From the NCBI RefSeq assembly GCF_006345805.1, contig NC_043001.1, positions 52,018,001 through 52,082,000 of the forward strand: a stretch of DNA of 64,000 nt. The letters are read 5' to 3'. The notes under the pieces were generated by a model that saw nothing but the letters and a program-made list of their open reading frames with translations, had not been told where the DNA came from and searched no databases. The DNA comes from Octopus sinensis. Lineage: Eukaryota. Shown piece after piece: positions 26,103-39,604 of this stretch (the stretch's first letter is position 1; the number at the start of each line of letters is the position of its first letter). Position numbers and translations under genes: made by a program.

Positions 26103-26360
26103 AAAGAGATATTATTTTGTCATTGGGATTGCTGTTTGCCTTAAGGCGGCGAACACACAGAATCGTTAGCATGCCGGGCAAAATTATTAGCGGCATTTCT
26201 TCCTTCTTTACGGTCTGAGCTTAAATTCCGCCGAGGTCCACCTTACGGTTCTTCCTTCCGAGAATGATAAAATAAGTACTAGATAAGCACTGAGGTCGAT
26301 GTAATCGACATACATCTCTCTCGAACTTATTGGTCTTGTGTCAAAATTTGAAATCATTAT
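26103..26360 (+). mobile_element. tRNA-derived SINE (8293 family), degenerate
   Basis: aaggcggcgaacacacagaatcgttagc...ttaaattccgccgaggtc...gaggtcgatgtaatcgac. Confidence 0.75.
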
Positions 26361-26763
26361 CGATATAATCATAATTAACATTGGCTATAGTATTCAGAAT
26401 TAATTATTTACCCACGTTTGAAGAGATGATATTTTGTGCAAAATTAGACTTTATTAAATAAGTTAATTTAACAAGATTGCTTTTAAAAGATTCTTTTCCT
26501 CATGCCTATGCTCCAGAGGCGAATGTCTTTTGAGTAAAAAAAAAAAATTACCTAAAGGTGTGGCTAGTACCTTTCCAAAGAACGAATTATATCGTATAAT
26601 AATCTAGGTCAATTCTACCTAATTCTATGACCGCAGTAAATAAAATGTATCTTGTCAGTATATATATAACGACCTCAAATAATACCTTATATAAGATCTC
26701 ATTATAATTTGAAAAATTCTCAAAAAGTTGTCATTATGATTTTTGCTTGTTTGTTTGCTTGCT

Positions 26764-26822
<59 letters not shown>

Positions 26823-28079
26823 GTGCGTGTGTGTGAGTGTGTCTGTGCGTTTGTGTGTCTGTGCAATATACACCATGTTCGAGGCTTTGGTGGAAGATAC
26901 TTGCTTAATATAATGCTCTATGAAATCGTGCTTACTACCATGTATTTGCGCCGTCAGCTTCTTAACCACAATATTTCTTGCATGTAAAGTGTTTTTACAA
27001 TATTGTTTCACAGAATACCTCCAGACACCCGACATATAAACGACCAGCTCGTTTAAGTTATCCTCTTTGTGGATCGCTTTCGTTAGACACCCCCCCACAC
27101 GCACGCACTCACACGCACACACTCACAGCAAGCAGTTATTCTATGACACGCACTAAAGCGCTCAGAATATTTTGATCCTGAACTTGCCTAGACATATTAC
27201 GAATACATGTGCTAAAAATCTTTCCAAATCTTGCTGTATACAGTGCAAATAAGATTATGTGGGCATGTATATATGTGTATATATACATATATACACACAC
27301 ACATATATACATACTTATATGCGTGTGTGTGAATTTATATACATATATTCATACATATAAACGTACATAGAATACATACAGATACTCATATACATATCGC
27401 AAATGCGTACGCAATAAATAAGAATTATCTCATTTCTGCATTCCAATGATATTGCTTGTCTTTTCATGCATACAAATAGTAATCTATTCTAACACAGAAG
27501 TTGATTGTTGCATAAATTAATAGCTATTAAGTATTATAGCTTGAGTGATTTCAATCTCTTTCTATATATATATGCATCGTATTAAAAGCCAAAGAAAACT
27601 AAATACTTGTATCACATGAATCTAAGTATTTTTGATACTCTTTATGTGCACGAACCTCCTGTTTTAATAATTCTTCTTTTCTAAATATTAGAAATTACGT
27701 TTGGTAAGAACTTACAATCCACTCAGTTCCTCTGAATAAAAATCTATCAGTAAGTCTTTTGTTGTGTTGTCACTGAAATTTACATCCTTCGTTTATAACG
27801 ATACAATTCATAAGATATTCTCCCACCTTCTTTCTCCGCCCAGGATTTCTGGAAGGGACTTGGAAGTAGAGCCCTCAGGAACCTCCGTCTTAGGGTTTTA
27901 CCAGAAGCAACCGTCATTAGATTTTCTGGTTGCACTCTCAGGCATGAAAACTGAGTCTATGGATATTATCCAAATGTGTCGTTCTTAGTCTAATCCTCGT
28001 TCTCCTGCTGCTTTGCTCGGCTTCATGATTCCATTATACGATTCTTTTCTGCAACATTCTAATCACGTCTATAGTATCG

Positions 28080-28530
28080 GAGGTGTGAACTCTCAATGCG
28101 GAGAATTAGTGTTGTGAAGACTGAGGCATTGGCCTCTCAAGAAAGTTTTTCCAATACGCTCTGCATATTAGTGGAACATTACTGAGACAAGTGAATAAGT
28201 TTAAGTATCTCAGGTCCGTATTTACGAGTGTTGGGAAGCGGGAAGCTGAAATGGATTCTAGAATTGCAGTAGGTGACGTGGTAATGCGCCAGCTTCAGCA
28301 TTCAACCGCCAGAAGAGATATTGGTAAAAGAAAAAACGAAACCCGATCTCTTCCGTTTGGTTTTCATGTCTATCTTAACCTATACTTATAAATATTGGGT
28401 ATTGACTGAAAGAATACGATCGTGTATACAAGCGGCTGAAATGAGGTTCCTCCAAAGGATATCCTGAATAATGTTACTTGACAGAATGCAAAACTTACAG
28501 ATCAAAGTGTCTTTCCAGGTCATAAAATTT
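28080..28530 (+). mobile_element. RTE-clade LINE fragment (RT C-terminus)
   Basis: RISVVKTEAL and NKFKYLRSVFTSVGKREAEMDSRI (ORF 28191..28391), followed by a QAAEMRFL-like motif. Confidence 0.65.
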
Positions 28531-29436
28531 TCTTAACTAAAATTAAAAATCTCATCTATTTAGAAATACAGTTAGTATACTAATCAATTTCACTGAATTG
28601 ATCTTAAGCTTTTTTCTTTTGTTCTTATTGAAATAATCTAAAACTAATATAACTTTTAAAGTTTATTCTGTACTTCTCAGTTTAAAGTTACTTGTACTTA
28701 CAAATATTGTGAATTCATACATGAACATATAGTGAGAAAATTGTTTATGATGACTTACAAAAATGATCAGTTAGTATCGAATTGTCGTTAAAGAGATATA
28801 CCAAACCATATTTTTTAATTATATTTTTTTAGTTACATTTTAGTTTTACTTTTCGCATAAATAAAGAGAACATTTTTTTTCTCAAAATACGCCTTGCCCC
28901 TAGCCTAAACATCTCGATTCAAAACTCTATTAGTTTGAAATTCTTCACATCATTTGTACTAGAATGAATATATTTTTAGAATTATTATATGAATTTCTTT
29001 TACCATCATCCGTTCGTTTTATATTTAATTTAAATAAAATAATTTTTTATTATATATAATATTGTAGAAATCAATTTAAAAAAAAATGATAATTTCCAGC
29101 TTAACAATACCTTGAAGTTTTGACAAATTTTTAGAGTTCCTTTGTGTTTATATTTATGTACAATTAAAACTATTTCAGTGTAAAAGAAAAAAATAAGTTC
29201 ATAGATTTTATTAGAAAATAGTTCGACATTAACTCTATGTATGTGTGGTGAAGTACACTGTACCTGGAAAAGAAGTAATATATGATATTGGGTCGAACGT
29301 TTATTCTCGATTGGAATTTACATGAAACTAAACAACGATATAATCGAAACGGTATGATACAGTTAAGAAAATATTTTATTTCAATAAATCATTATTTACT
29401 TTTGATCTCGAAATATATACACATTCATTTTATGTA

Positions 29437-29493
<57 letters not shown>

Positions 29494-29816
29494 ACACACA
29501 CACACGCATAAACACACTCATATGTGATGTTAGTTACTTTGTACATCTGGATCTGTTGTTTTTCGCTCTTCAAGTATTTGGATGGATCGTAAAGGACTGA
29601 TGCAAACCTTGATACATTGACTTCAGGTTAAACAGGATTGAACATGTAGTATTATATCATAGAATATACCCACAAACTTCTCTGTTAGCTCCTTCCTTTT
29701 ATGTATCTATTAACTGTCAAAAGGGTCTCTGCATAAATGTAGAAAACTTCGTAACTATACTTTTTAGCGTACATAATTATTTGATGATAAATGCAACAAT
29801 CATTATTGCTCCGGCA

Positions 29817-32248
29817 TTTTATACCAGGATATTTCGTATCAGCCCTCAGTTTATTCCTATAACTTAACAGCATAAGTCGCTGTTAAAACAATTATATAAA
29901 CATTATCTTTTATCATATTCCCTCATTACATTCATTAGGTGTTCCTCAAATAGAGTTGTATTTAATTTTCTTTCAACTGTCCTACCAAAGTTTGGGAACG
30001 AAAACGGTAATATAAGGTACATGAAACACATTATAACACTTTGATATCACGGCGAAAATATTCGTCTGTTTTAATTACATCAGTAAATTCATAATTGATG
30101 CGCTGTTATGACTGACTGTGACAGATAGAAAACAATTTTCTTTGTTATATGCGATATCGGAATTTCTTACAACATTTTGACGTTTATGTAGTCTATATTT
30201 TCTGCGTAGTGTAATCTTTATTTTACGTAGAATTATTCAGAATCGTTTCGATACGGAAAGGCGTAACTAATTAAGTTGCAGTTACAACTTCTAATTATTT
30301 TTATTGAAGGCATCATTTGTTATTAGTAATGCACGTTGTTGGGGCATTGGTCAAATTAAACATCTCACGCTATCTTAAATAGAATCAATCAATATGTTAC
30401 ATCTCTAACTAATTAATAGTTAATCAGTGCTATTGTTATTCATAACATACATTTATCGCAAAAGTACAAAATTTAATTTAATGAATATATTTATTTTGAA
30501 TATTAGCATTAATTTTATTTAGTTAGATACGCCATACGTATCATAATATATTAAAATGTAAAATTATAATTAGCGTACCTGCGTTATTATTTGATATAAT
30601 ACACATGAAAAAGAAACTCTATATCTATATTACTCGGAAATGTGTCTGCAATAAAAATAAATTACTTAGTGTAGTCTGATGCTGAGAACTTAGTTAGTCA
30701 GATAATAATAAATCGAAGCAATGGCAGCCAGTTTTGCTATATAACCGCTGTTATTTTTGACAAAGAAATAGTCTAACTTCAGGACTTGCTACATTTTGCA
30801 ATGAAATGGCAAAGGAAAAACTATCATAAATTCTGGCGTTTCACATTGAATAATTGCACGGTGGAATTCGAATCAAGATGAATTGATTTTCCGCATTGCA
30901 TTGCTCCTATGCAATTGCTGAGAAAAAGATTGGCGATAAATAAACTTAAGAGCACAATGACTTGGCTCCGTAACAAAAGAAGGGGTACAGGCAGCGATCA
31001 ACATTGCTCGAAGAGGACAAGCCTTTTCTTAATGCATTTGTAGATCTGTCGTGACAACTATAAATAGCGGCAGTCGTATTATGCAATTATGCGAGAAGCA
31101 GCAGCTGGGTCATATACCATTCATGAACGCGCATAGAAAACCGCTCCCAGAACACTAGACCAGGTAGGAACGTACACACTTTTGTACTTAACTTGAGAGG
31201 ATCAAAACGAATGGAAACAACGCCAAAAAGTTTATGCGGTTGGGGAAAATATATTAGAGTAGTCTGGAAAAAGTTATAGCTGGATATCAGAAGACAAACA
31301 AAAATAAACGTGATGAAAGAAAAGTCAATTGATGGTATGGTAATGATTAAAATATATCTATTAAGATCAGTGAACTGAAAACCTAGTGATATAAAATTCG
31401 CATATAACAAAGAACCTTGTTTTCTATCTGTCACAGTCAGTCATAACAGCGCATCAATTATGAATTTACTGATGCAATTAAAACAGACGAATATTTTCGC
31501 CGTGATATCAAAGTGTTATAATGTGTTTCATGTACCTTATATTACCGTTTTCGTTCCCAAACTTTGCTAGGACAGTTGAAAGAAAATTAAATACAACTCT
31601 ATTTGAGGAACACTTAATGAATGTATTGAGAGAATATGATAAAAGATAATGTTTATATAATTGTTTTAACAGCGACTTATGCTGTTAAGTTATAAGAATA
31701 AACTGAGGACTGATACGAAATATCTATATATATAAAACTGTAGTTGTGTGAGTGTCTGTCCCCTTCGATTTAGATTCCTAACTACTCCCACATTTTGCGG
31801 TGCAGTTTAACCAAATTCGGGTATCTTATAGTCGTGATTCATATCGAGCCCGTCTGAGTATTAGCGGGCGTCTACGATGAGTCTACGATTTTAAAAATAA
31901 TTTAACATCATTTTTTATTCCATTTTAATGCATAATTTTTCGTGTGTCGATGGCGGCGGAGTTGGCGTCCATGGTCACACCTGCACCTGTTTGCTTCTCC
32001 CCCTTCTTCCCTCCCTCGTGAAGCTGTGGGGAAGGGAGTGTAAGGAAATCAACGTCGTAATGCGTTGTCAAGGAGACCAGCGTTCTTTTAGAACAACGAC
32101 TTCATGGCTTGAAGACACCAAAACAGAAACGGCTAAGAAAGCCCGAATTGGCATCTATAAGGGAAGTAACTCTCTAAAAATGCTTAAATAGTTACTTCCC
32201 TTACAAACCCGAGCAACGCCGGGCGATACTGCTAGTCCTGGTATAAAA
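29817..32248. mobile_element. Non-autonomous element with ~338 bp terminal inverted repeats (29817-30154; 31398-31722 plus 32236-32248)
   Basis: Arms are near-identical reverse complements (ttttataccaggatatttcgtatcag ... / ... ctgatacgaaata|tcctggtataaaa). The 1.2 kb interior has no recognisable ORF. Confidence 0.8.
31723..32235 (+). mobile_element. Non-autonomous Helitron
   Basis: 5' a|TCtatatatataaaa. 3' hairpin cccg-agcaacgc-cggg (32208-32223), then CTAG|t. Extra 13 bp stem at ~32159-32202. No target duplication. Confidence 0.85.
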
Positions 32249-33314
32249 GTCTCTCAATTAATAGATGCAAGTGGTTCTTTAGCTACTAATCATGCAATAT
32301 TCAGAAAATAAAAGATGCAAAACATATTTACATGTATCCGTGACGTAAATATATATCGCTATATCCTAAATATAGTATTTGTTTTAAATTACTCTACCAA
32401 CATTTGCAACGACAGAAGAAATTCCAACGAAGTTACTGCCTTACTAAATACCTCACCACTGCGATGAACTGGACTCCACATAAATGTACGACGACACACA
32501 ATCGTTTTTATATCTTAATGTTAGATTTCCTAAACAAATGAATGAGGCGTATGCGTACAGCTCAGTCCCGTCCGTCTAAAGAATAAATAGAATGATTACT
32601 TGGTAATCTTCTGCAATCAGTTAATGTATGAGTGGACTAATGAGAGACGCAGCCTAATGAATTTTTAAAATTATTGATAGCGTATTGTAAATTGAATTTA
32701 CGACACAAATCTCCAATAAAGCTGTAGCCTTAATAGAATGACAAATAACAATTAAAATGACTTCATAAAAAAAAGCAACTCAATCAAATCAAATCCTCGC
32801 AAATCAAATCAAATAAGTAGTTGGATTAAGCATCGTATAACTTTATTTAAATGAAATTTTCGATTTATATAAATTTCTTTCTGAGAAAGACAAGAAAAAA
32901 ATCACCAAACAAAAACCCCAAAAAGACAAACTGTTACGACTAAAAAACAATGGAAAAGTCTTTTGAAGAATACATTTCGTTAATTATCAGAAATGTTTAT
33001 ATAACATTTTAGCAGCGACAATTCCCAATTCTCAAACGAGACACACAAGAAAATATATTACTGGGAAGCCTATAAAGAAACAACTTGAACAAAACGTCGG
33101 AGACATTGTGAGATAAAATATATTCGAGTGGCAAGAGTTATATAGCAAAGATAATTTGATGCAGTAAGAGACTGAAAAAATATAAAATGCTAGCCTGTTC
33201 AAGCTCTGAAAATTGAAGAAGTACTATTTGTGTGGCTTCTACCCCAAAACAAAAAGAATAAAATTATACAAGAACAACTGACACAAAACACAATGTACAT
33301 ATGTATATATATAC

Positions 33315-33353
<39 letters not shown>

Positions 33354-33453
33354 TGTGTGTGTGTGTGTGTGTATATATATGTGTGTGTGTGTATGTATAT
33401 ATATATATATCTACACACCCATATACATACATAATAGATAATACACACACACT

Positions 33454-33496
<43 letters not shown>

Positions 33497-33798
33497 CACA
33501 CAAACACAAGCACACACACGTATATATTTACATTGCTACCAACGTAAGCTACCAGCATTCTGAAGTGGAACGCTTGATGATTGCAATGCTTTCCGCACAA
33601 AAGAAATGGCAGCATATAAAGAATATATGCGAGTGCGTGTGTGCGTGTGTGCGAGTTTGCATGTGCTTGCGCGTGCGAATCATATCTTATGGTAGTGGAA
33701 TAGTATTTAACTGCTATTTCTAAATTTCGGTACGTGGTGAAGCAATTTTGCTGAACCCTAGTTATAATTATGCTTATAATTATAGAACTTTTGTGTGC

Positions 33799-33857
<59 letters not shown>

Positions 33858-33894
33858 TATATATATATATATATATATCTATATATATATATTT

Positions 33895-34425
33895 ATTTTT
33901 ATCTTATTTATTTTATCTAGTTTCAGCTCACGAGCTGTGGCTATGCTGGGGCACCGCCATTTGGTGTTGTTACATGATTTTACTTCACGAATGTTTTTAG
34001 CAATTGCCATTTGGTGCATGAGAGAGTTCGATGCAGCTGCCCTCATCTGCACCTCCTGCCGTGAAGTTGGTTCATCTGGGACACCTGACAGGAAGAGATC
34101 CAGTTTTATTTTAAAGACATCTGCGTCCAATCCATGCAGGTCTCTCAGGTTCTTCGGGAGGATATGGAAGAGATGTGATAGCCTGGGCTTCAGAGGCCAG
34201 GCTATCACAGTATCTTGTCCTACATATTGATGGCAAATTTGGAGTCCTTGGCACTATGCAGTGGCGCCCAGTTCTAGTATTTGTGTAACTCTCGATGCCA
34301 AAGTTTGGGACAAGTCCTTCTATGATCTTCCAGATGTATATTATGGCATATCTTTCTCGCCTACGCTCTAAGGAATAGAGTCTTAATCTCTTGAGTCTTT
34401 CCCAGTAGCTTATATGCTGCAAAGA
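33895..34425 (-). mobile_element. CR1-clade LINE 3' fragment
   Basis: SYWERLKRLRLYSLERRRERY (ORF 34111..34422) and FKIKLDLFLSGVPDEP (ORF 33879..34208), homologous to the C-terminus at 10650-11054. 3' end retained. Confidence 0.9.
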
Positions 34426-34438
34426 GGCTATCTTCTTC

Positions 34439-34508
<70 letters not shown>

Positions 34509-34830
34509 TTATATATATATATGCATATTTATATTTTTGTACTCATACTCTGAGTGCATGTTTCGAGTCGCTTCGGTTGCAGAGTTTCCTTTTTTGTATT
34601 CATAAAGCATTATGTACCTTAAATGCACTTTGGATTCTTCCATGTTAGAAAGGGTTTTAATGAGAGAAATTTTAATTCTATTATTCTGTAAAATAATATC
34701 TAATTAGTTTAAATGTACACAAATGCATAAAAATAATTTTAAATTCCATTAGACATTCGAAAATCCAATTAACTTTCATTCAATTTTAAAAAAGGTAAAA
34801 TCGGACAGAACTTATGGGATGACCTGATTT

Positions 34831-34895
<65 letters not shown>

Positions 34896-35439
34896 TGTTT
34901 GTATGTATGTATGTATGTATATGTGTGTGCGTGTGTGTTGAGAAAAGTCAACATTTTAGAAAAAAGTCTTTTTATTTCTTCATTATTATTTAGCGCTTTC
35001 GTTCCTTTCTAGAACTTGTCAAATAAAATTTTGTGAATGTACAAACAACTTGTTCATTTATATAAAACATGTTTTTTGGGGTTTTGTTTAGAAGAAGAGA
35101 GCATTGTTTGTTTTGGTGGGGGTGATGTTCCATGATAATGGAGATAGATATATAGAAATATATGTAGGTAGATAGGCTGATAGTTAGATAAATAGATAGC
35201 TAGCTAGATAGATAGATATGTGGATAGATAGATAGTCAGACAGATAGTGACATAGGTAGAGGGAGATAGAGATAGTGAGAGAGAGAGAGAGAAGGTGTAT
35301 CCCCCTTCCTATTCACCATTTATTTATTTAGTCATTAACCATTGTATTGGAATGGGTTTAAGGATAATGACCTCTTCAAAAAAAAAAAAAAAAAGGTGCG
35401 GTGTCATCACTGGAAGTCTTTTTTCTCTCTTCTCCTTTC

Positions 35440-37790
35440 CTTTTTTTTCCCCTCTTCTTTATTTTTTCTTCTCGTTGAGTTATATTTAGAATACAAAATG
35501 TACTGTCTCCCATTCCAAACATTCAACTTTGGAGAGAATTTTTTGATGAAATGTAGTTCTATTGCTTTTCTGTATTACAGATCGTCTCGTGCACATTTAT
35601 AAAAGGGAAAAATTTTGAATTTTCCGTCGTTGCATATTTCCAGATGCTTATTTAATGAAATCTTGCTTAAGTGCTCCTGTCGGATTTGTTGCCTGTGGAT
35701 CCTTGCACGTTGGCAGAGGGAATTATTTGTTTCGCCAATGTGATTTTCTTTGCAGTTTGGGCAGGTAATCTTTATATATATATATAAAACTGAGAATGTG
35801 TGTCTGTCTGTCTGTCTGTGTGTTTCCCTAAAACCTGAGAACTACATAACCAATTTCATTCAAATTTTACACATGCCTTACTTAGGGTCCGGGGAGTGTC
35901 ATCGGCAAAAGAATTTTGAACTTTTTGCCTAAGGCGAGCCCACAGCAATATCATATCTTCTCTTCTACGATTCCCTAAAATTTGAGAACTACACAACCAA
36001 TTCCATTCAAATTTTATACATGCCTTACTTAGGGTCCATGTAGTTTCATGGGCAAAAAAAAATTCTTTTCAACTTCTTGCCTAGAGCGAGCCCATAGCAA
36101 TATCATATCTTCTCCACTATTTCAGTATTACGTGTTAAAAGTGAAACAAAACGTTTCTCTATTTTATGTCAGATACTTTCACTTTAACAATAAAAATAAT
36201 AATAACAATTGAATTATATGTAGTAAGTAATAATTAAAATCAAACTAAAGTATAATATAATCGTAACATAACATAAATAAAAATAGCAATTGGTATAAAA
36301 TTGCATCAATGATTTGAACTTGAATAAGTGGTTTCACATGAATGGGAATAAATTAAAAATAAAATTAGCGTGCAGAAATGGAATAGTCCAGATGGATAAT
36401 AAAAAAATAAATTAAAGAAAAGACTATTGTCTGTTATCACTAGCGATATCAAGATATAACTTTGTATTTTGTATTTTATGTGTAGATGTATATATATATA
36501 TATATAGATATACATGTAATATGTACACATATATATACACATATATATATGCACTAGCACTATGACCCGGCAACGACGGGTCTTTAATGCTAGTACAGTA
36601 TATGAGATTTTGCGTTTTGCAGTTCATACCTGCATTTATTCTGAAAAGGGATCCGCTGTTGAATTTTATGTGGGAACCACTTTCCAAGTACTTGAAGTTG
36701 TTGATGTTCTTGCATGTTCCACATCTATCTCCACATTCTTTTGCTAAGAATTCTGATTAATTTTTTGATTTGAATTTTACCCTTGTGAAGTATTTTTTTA
36801 AAGATCTTTTGGCTGGCGTCTACTATTCTGTAAGGTGTTTATTTTCAAGCAGATTTTTCATTTTGAGGCATTGTAGGAGTATAGGAAAGTTCGATTTTAT
36901 GGCGTGAAAGATGTTGTTTATTCCAGGACTGTGTGTGTTAACGAACGGAATCGTGTTTTCATTAACTTTTCCCTTAGGTGTCTGTAGTTGAGTGATGTTC
37001 AGTTTCATCACCTTTTTAATTCCTTCATTAATTAATCCTAAGGGGCGTTTCTGCATTGTGAGGAAGCCTTTGAGTTCGTTGAGTCGGATTTCACGTATTT
37101 TGGAGTCCGTCAGTATAGCACAGATGCGTCTTGCCATGCTGAATGGGATGTTTCTTTTGCTGTGTGATGGATAGCAAGAGTAGAAATATAAAAATTGTTG
37201 TATGTCAGTTTTTTGTAAAATATGTCTGTTGTGACTGTGGAACTCTGTATTTTTATGTGGATATTCAGGAATAGTGGCTCATTGCAACTGGATTCCGTCG
37301 TGAATTTGATTGATACGTGAAGTGCGTTCAGTATATTGTTAAATATACTTAGATCTTCATTCGATTTGCCCCAAAATGCATATGAGGACGCAAAACGCGT
37401 ACCCATAGCCGTGTCCTTTATCTGTCTAATACTAGGCGTGTGGCGTTGGTGATGATATCAGTCTTGAAGCGTTCATTTATCCATTCTCTATGTTTCTCTA
37501 CACAGTGTTTGATTACTTCTAGGCCTAAAGTGTGAGGTATATTAATAAAGAGATTGTTGACATAAAAACTTGTGAGTATAGTACCTTGTGTGCAGAGGGA
37601 GGGATACGTTGGATGAAATCTATGCCATCCCGTACATAACTGGGTATTAAAGGGCACAAAGGTATTAGGAGTATATCTCCTCGTATTTTTTGTTGCTGTG
37701 GTTTCGTTTGCATAATGGATTTGTACATTCACAAAATTTTATTTGACAAGTTCGAGAAACGAACGAAAGAGCTAAAAATAATGAAATAAA
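35440..37790 (-). mobile_element. Penelope-like element (RT plus GIY-YIG), degenerate, split by a Helitron at 35769-36593
   Basis: VNNLFINIPHTLGLEVIK (RT3), MGTRFASSYA (RT4), LHVSIKFT..LFLNI..TDIFYK, MARRICAI, NCKTQNLIYC|ITCPNCKENHIGET (GIY-YIG) and FKIFPFYK...HFIKKFSPKLN. Confidence 0.85.
35769..36593 (+). mobile_element. Non-autonomous Helitron with an internal ~148 bp tandem duplication
   Basis: a|TCtttatatatatataaaa, (GTCT)n, duplicated unit ~35825-35970 / 35973-36120, 3' hairpin gacccg-gcaacga-cgggtc (36564-36582) and CTAG|t. Confidence 0.85.
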
Positions 37791-37892
37791 AGGATATTTT
37801 TCCAAAATTCTGACGACTTTTTTCTCAATATTCAATTTCTGTACATCACACCTAACACTCTATACACACACATATATGTATATATATGTATG

Positions 37893-37998
<106 letters not shown>

Positions 37999-38253
37999 TT
38001 ACATATTTACACATACGCATATATATACATATGCATAAATAAAAGACCGCATGTTTCTTGTCTAAATTCCAATGAAAATGTTTTGTTTCTCAGCTAGAAA
38101 TCGACTCTTTTACATTTGGTGAGAAATTCTAAATGTAAAATCGTGTGTATACACACACACGCACACATGCAAGCACTTATATAATTCATACAAGAACATA
38201 TGTTCATATATCTACGTATGTATATATAGACGATATGATATACCTATATATAT

Positions 38254-38286
<33 letters not shown>

Positions 38287-38290
38287 GTAA

Positions 38291-38346
<56 letters not shown>

Positions 38347-38559
38347 GTGAAATAGAAAGATGAATAATCTTGTAGTAGATTAATCAAAAGTTTAACCGAT
38401 ACCTTAGTAGCAAAAATCACAGCAGTAAACAGCACGGTTGGAGGTACGACCATATGGTGTTGCAACCGTGCGTTGGTGCGGATAATTGAAATTAAAACAT
38501 TATTGGTGAATTGAAGAAATGGAGCTGAACGCAGATTGAACAGAAATCGTTTTATTTCA

Positions 38560-38639
38560 TTCTACACATGTTTCGAAAGGCACAAATTACCAAAATCCGA
38601 TTGAATAATGGGACCATATTGTGTCTTTCTCTTCAGGAA
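38560..38639 (-). ncRNA. Type I hammerhead ribozyme motif, left arm
   Basis: Reverse complement ttc-CTGAAGA-gaaagacacaa...ttgtgcctttc-GAAA-catgtg-TA-gaa. Confidence 0.7.
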
Positions 38640-38802
38640 GAAAAAAGGAAATCCGTTGGAAAAACAAAAACAGAACAGAGGCGGAGCAAAAACAAATCGA
38701 ACTATGCTCCTAAGTTCGCCATGGGCTCTTAGGAGCATAGTTCGATTTGTTTTTGCTCCGCTTCTGTTCTGTTTTTGTTTTTCCAACGGATTTCCTTTTT
38801 TC

Positions 38803-38882
38803 TTCCTGAAGAGAAAGAGACAATATGGTTCCATTATTCAATCGGATTTTGGTAATTTGTGCCTTTCGAAACACGTGTAGAA
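38803..38882 (+). ncRNA. Type I hammerhead ribozyme motif, right arm, intact core
   Basis: ttc-CTGAAGA (38806-38812)-gaaag...ctttc-GAAA (38868-38871)-cacgtg-TA-gaa. G-C closing pair, palindromic ACACGTGT stem III, GUA triplet. Confidence 0.8.
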
Positions 38883-38996
38883 TGAAATAAAACGATTTCT
38901 GTTCAATCTGCGTTCAGCTCCATTTCTTCAATTCACCAATAATGTTATATATATATATATATATATATATATGTAAATATATATATTTAGAAATAT

Positions 38997-39079
<83 letters not shown>

Positions 39080-39419
39080 GTGTGTGTGTGCGTAAATATA
39101 TATATATATATATGTATTTATAAAAGTTTGTATATAATGTACACATATTTCATGTATGAATATGCCATAGTCATATAGAATATGTGAAATTCTTATTTCT
39201 GTATCTGTTATACGTGTTCAGTACTGTAGCACAAGATCGTCTATGCGATCTTTTATTAAGTGAACCTATGTATTATTGATTTACACTGCCGGTTATGCGT
39301 AACTTGATATGCGTGTTTATAGAAGAACATCAATTTTTATTGGTTATACTTAAAAAAATATATAAATTAAATAATATCATTCTACAAATATAATAATGTT
39401 ATAAATATATAAAAATATC

Positions 39420-39554
39420 ATTTGATGTGATCATTTCTAAATAACTTCAAACGCTGAGAGATAAAAACAACACTGCTAGCTAGAAAGGAATACCAAATAA
39501 AGTGATGAGACCGAAGAGTAACTTTCGGATTATTTGACTGGTTACAAATATATG

Positions 39555-39604
<50 letters not shown>

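Larger units (their letters stand above)
38496..38946. repeat. Long inverted repeat (219 bp arms 38496-38714 and 38728-38946, 13 nt spacer); probable inverted Penelope-like pseudo-LTR
   Basis: About four substitutions between arms by eye. The ORF track shows mirror ORFs 38562..38834(-) and 38608..38880(+). Confidence 0.95.

Noticed and set aside
20170-27060. Isolated splice-like signals (20188 acceptor, 24300 and 24572 donors, 27013 acceptor)
   Set aside because: No consistent open exon between an acceptor and a donor, and no protein similarity recognised.
30720-31330. Crypton/DUF3504 tyrosine recombinase in the long-TIR element
   Set aside because: Only vague peptide resemblance and no catalytic motif seen.
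34625-34828. Tc1/mariner-type MITE end (acttatgggatgacctga)
   Set aside because: Only one putative TIR is visible.
38562-38880. Mirror-image 90 aa ORFs on both strands
   Set aside because: A by-product of the palindrome; no domain recognisable.
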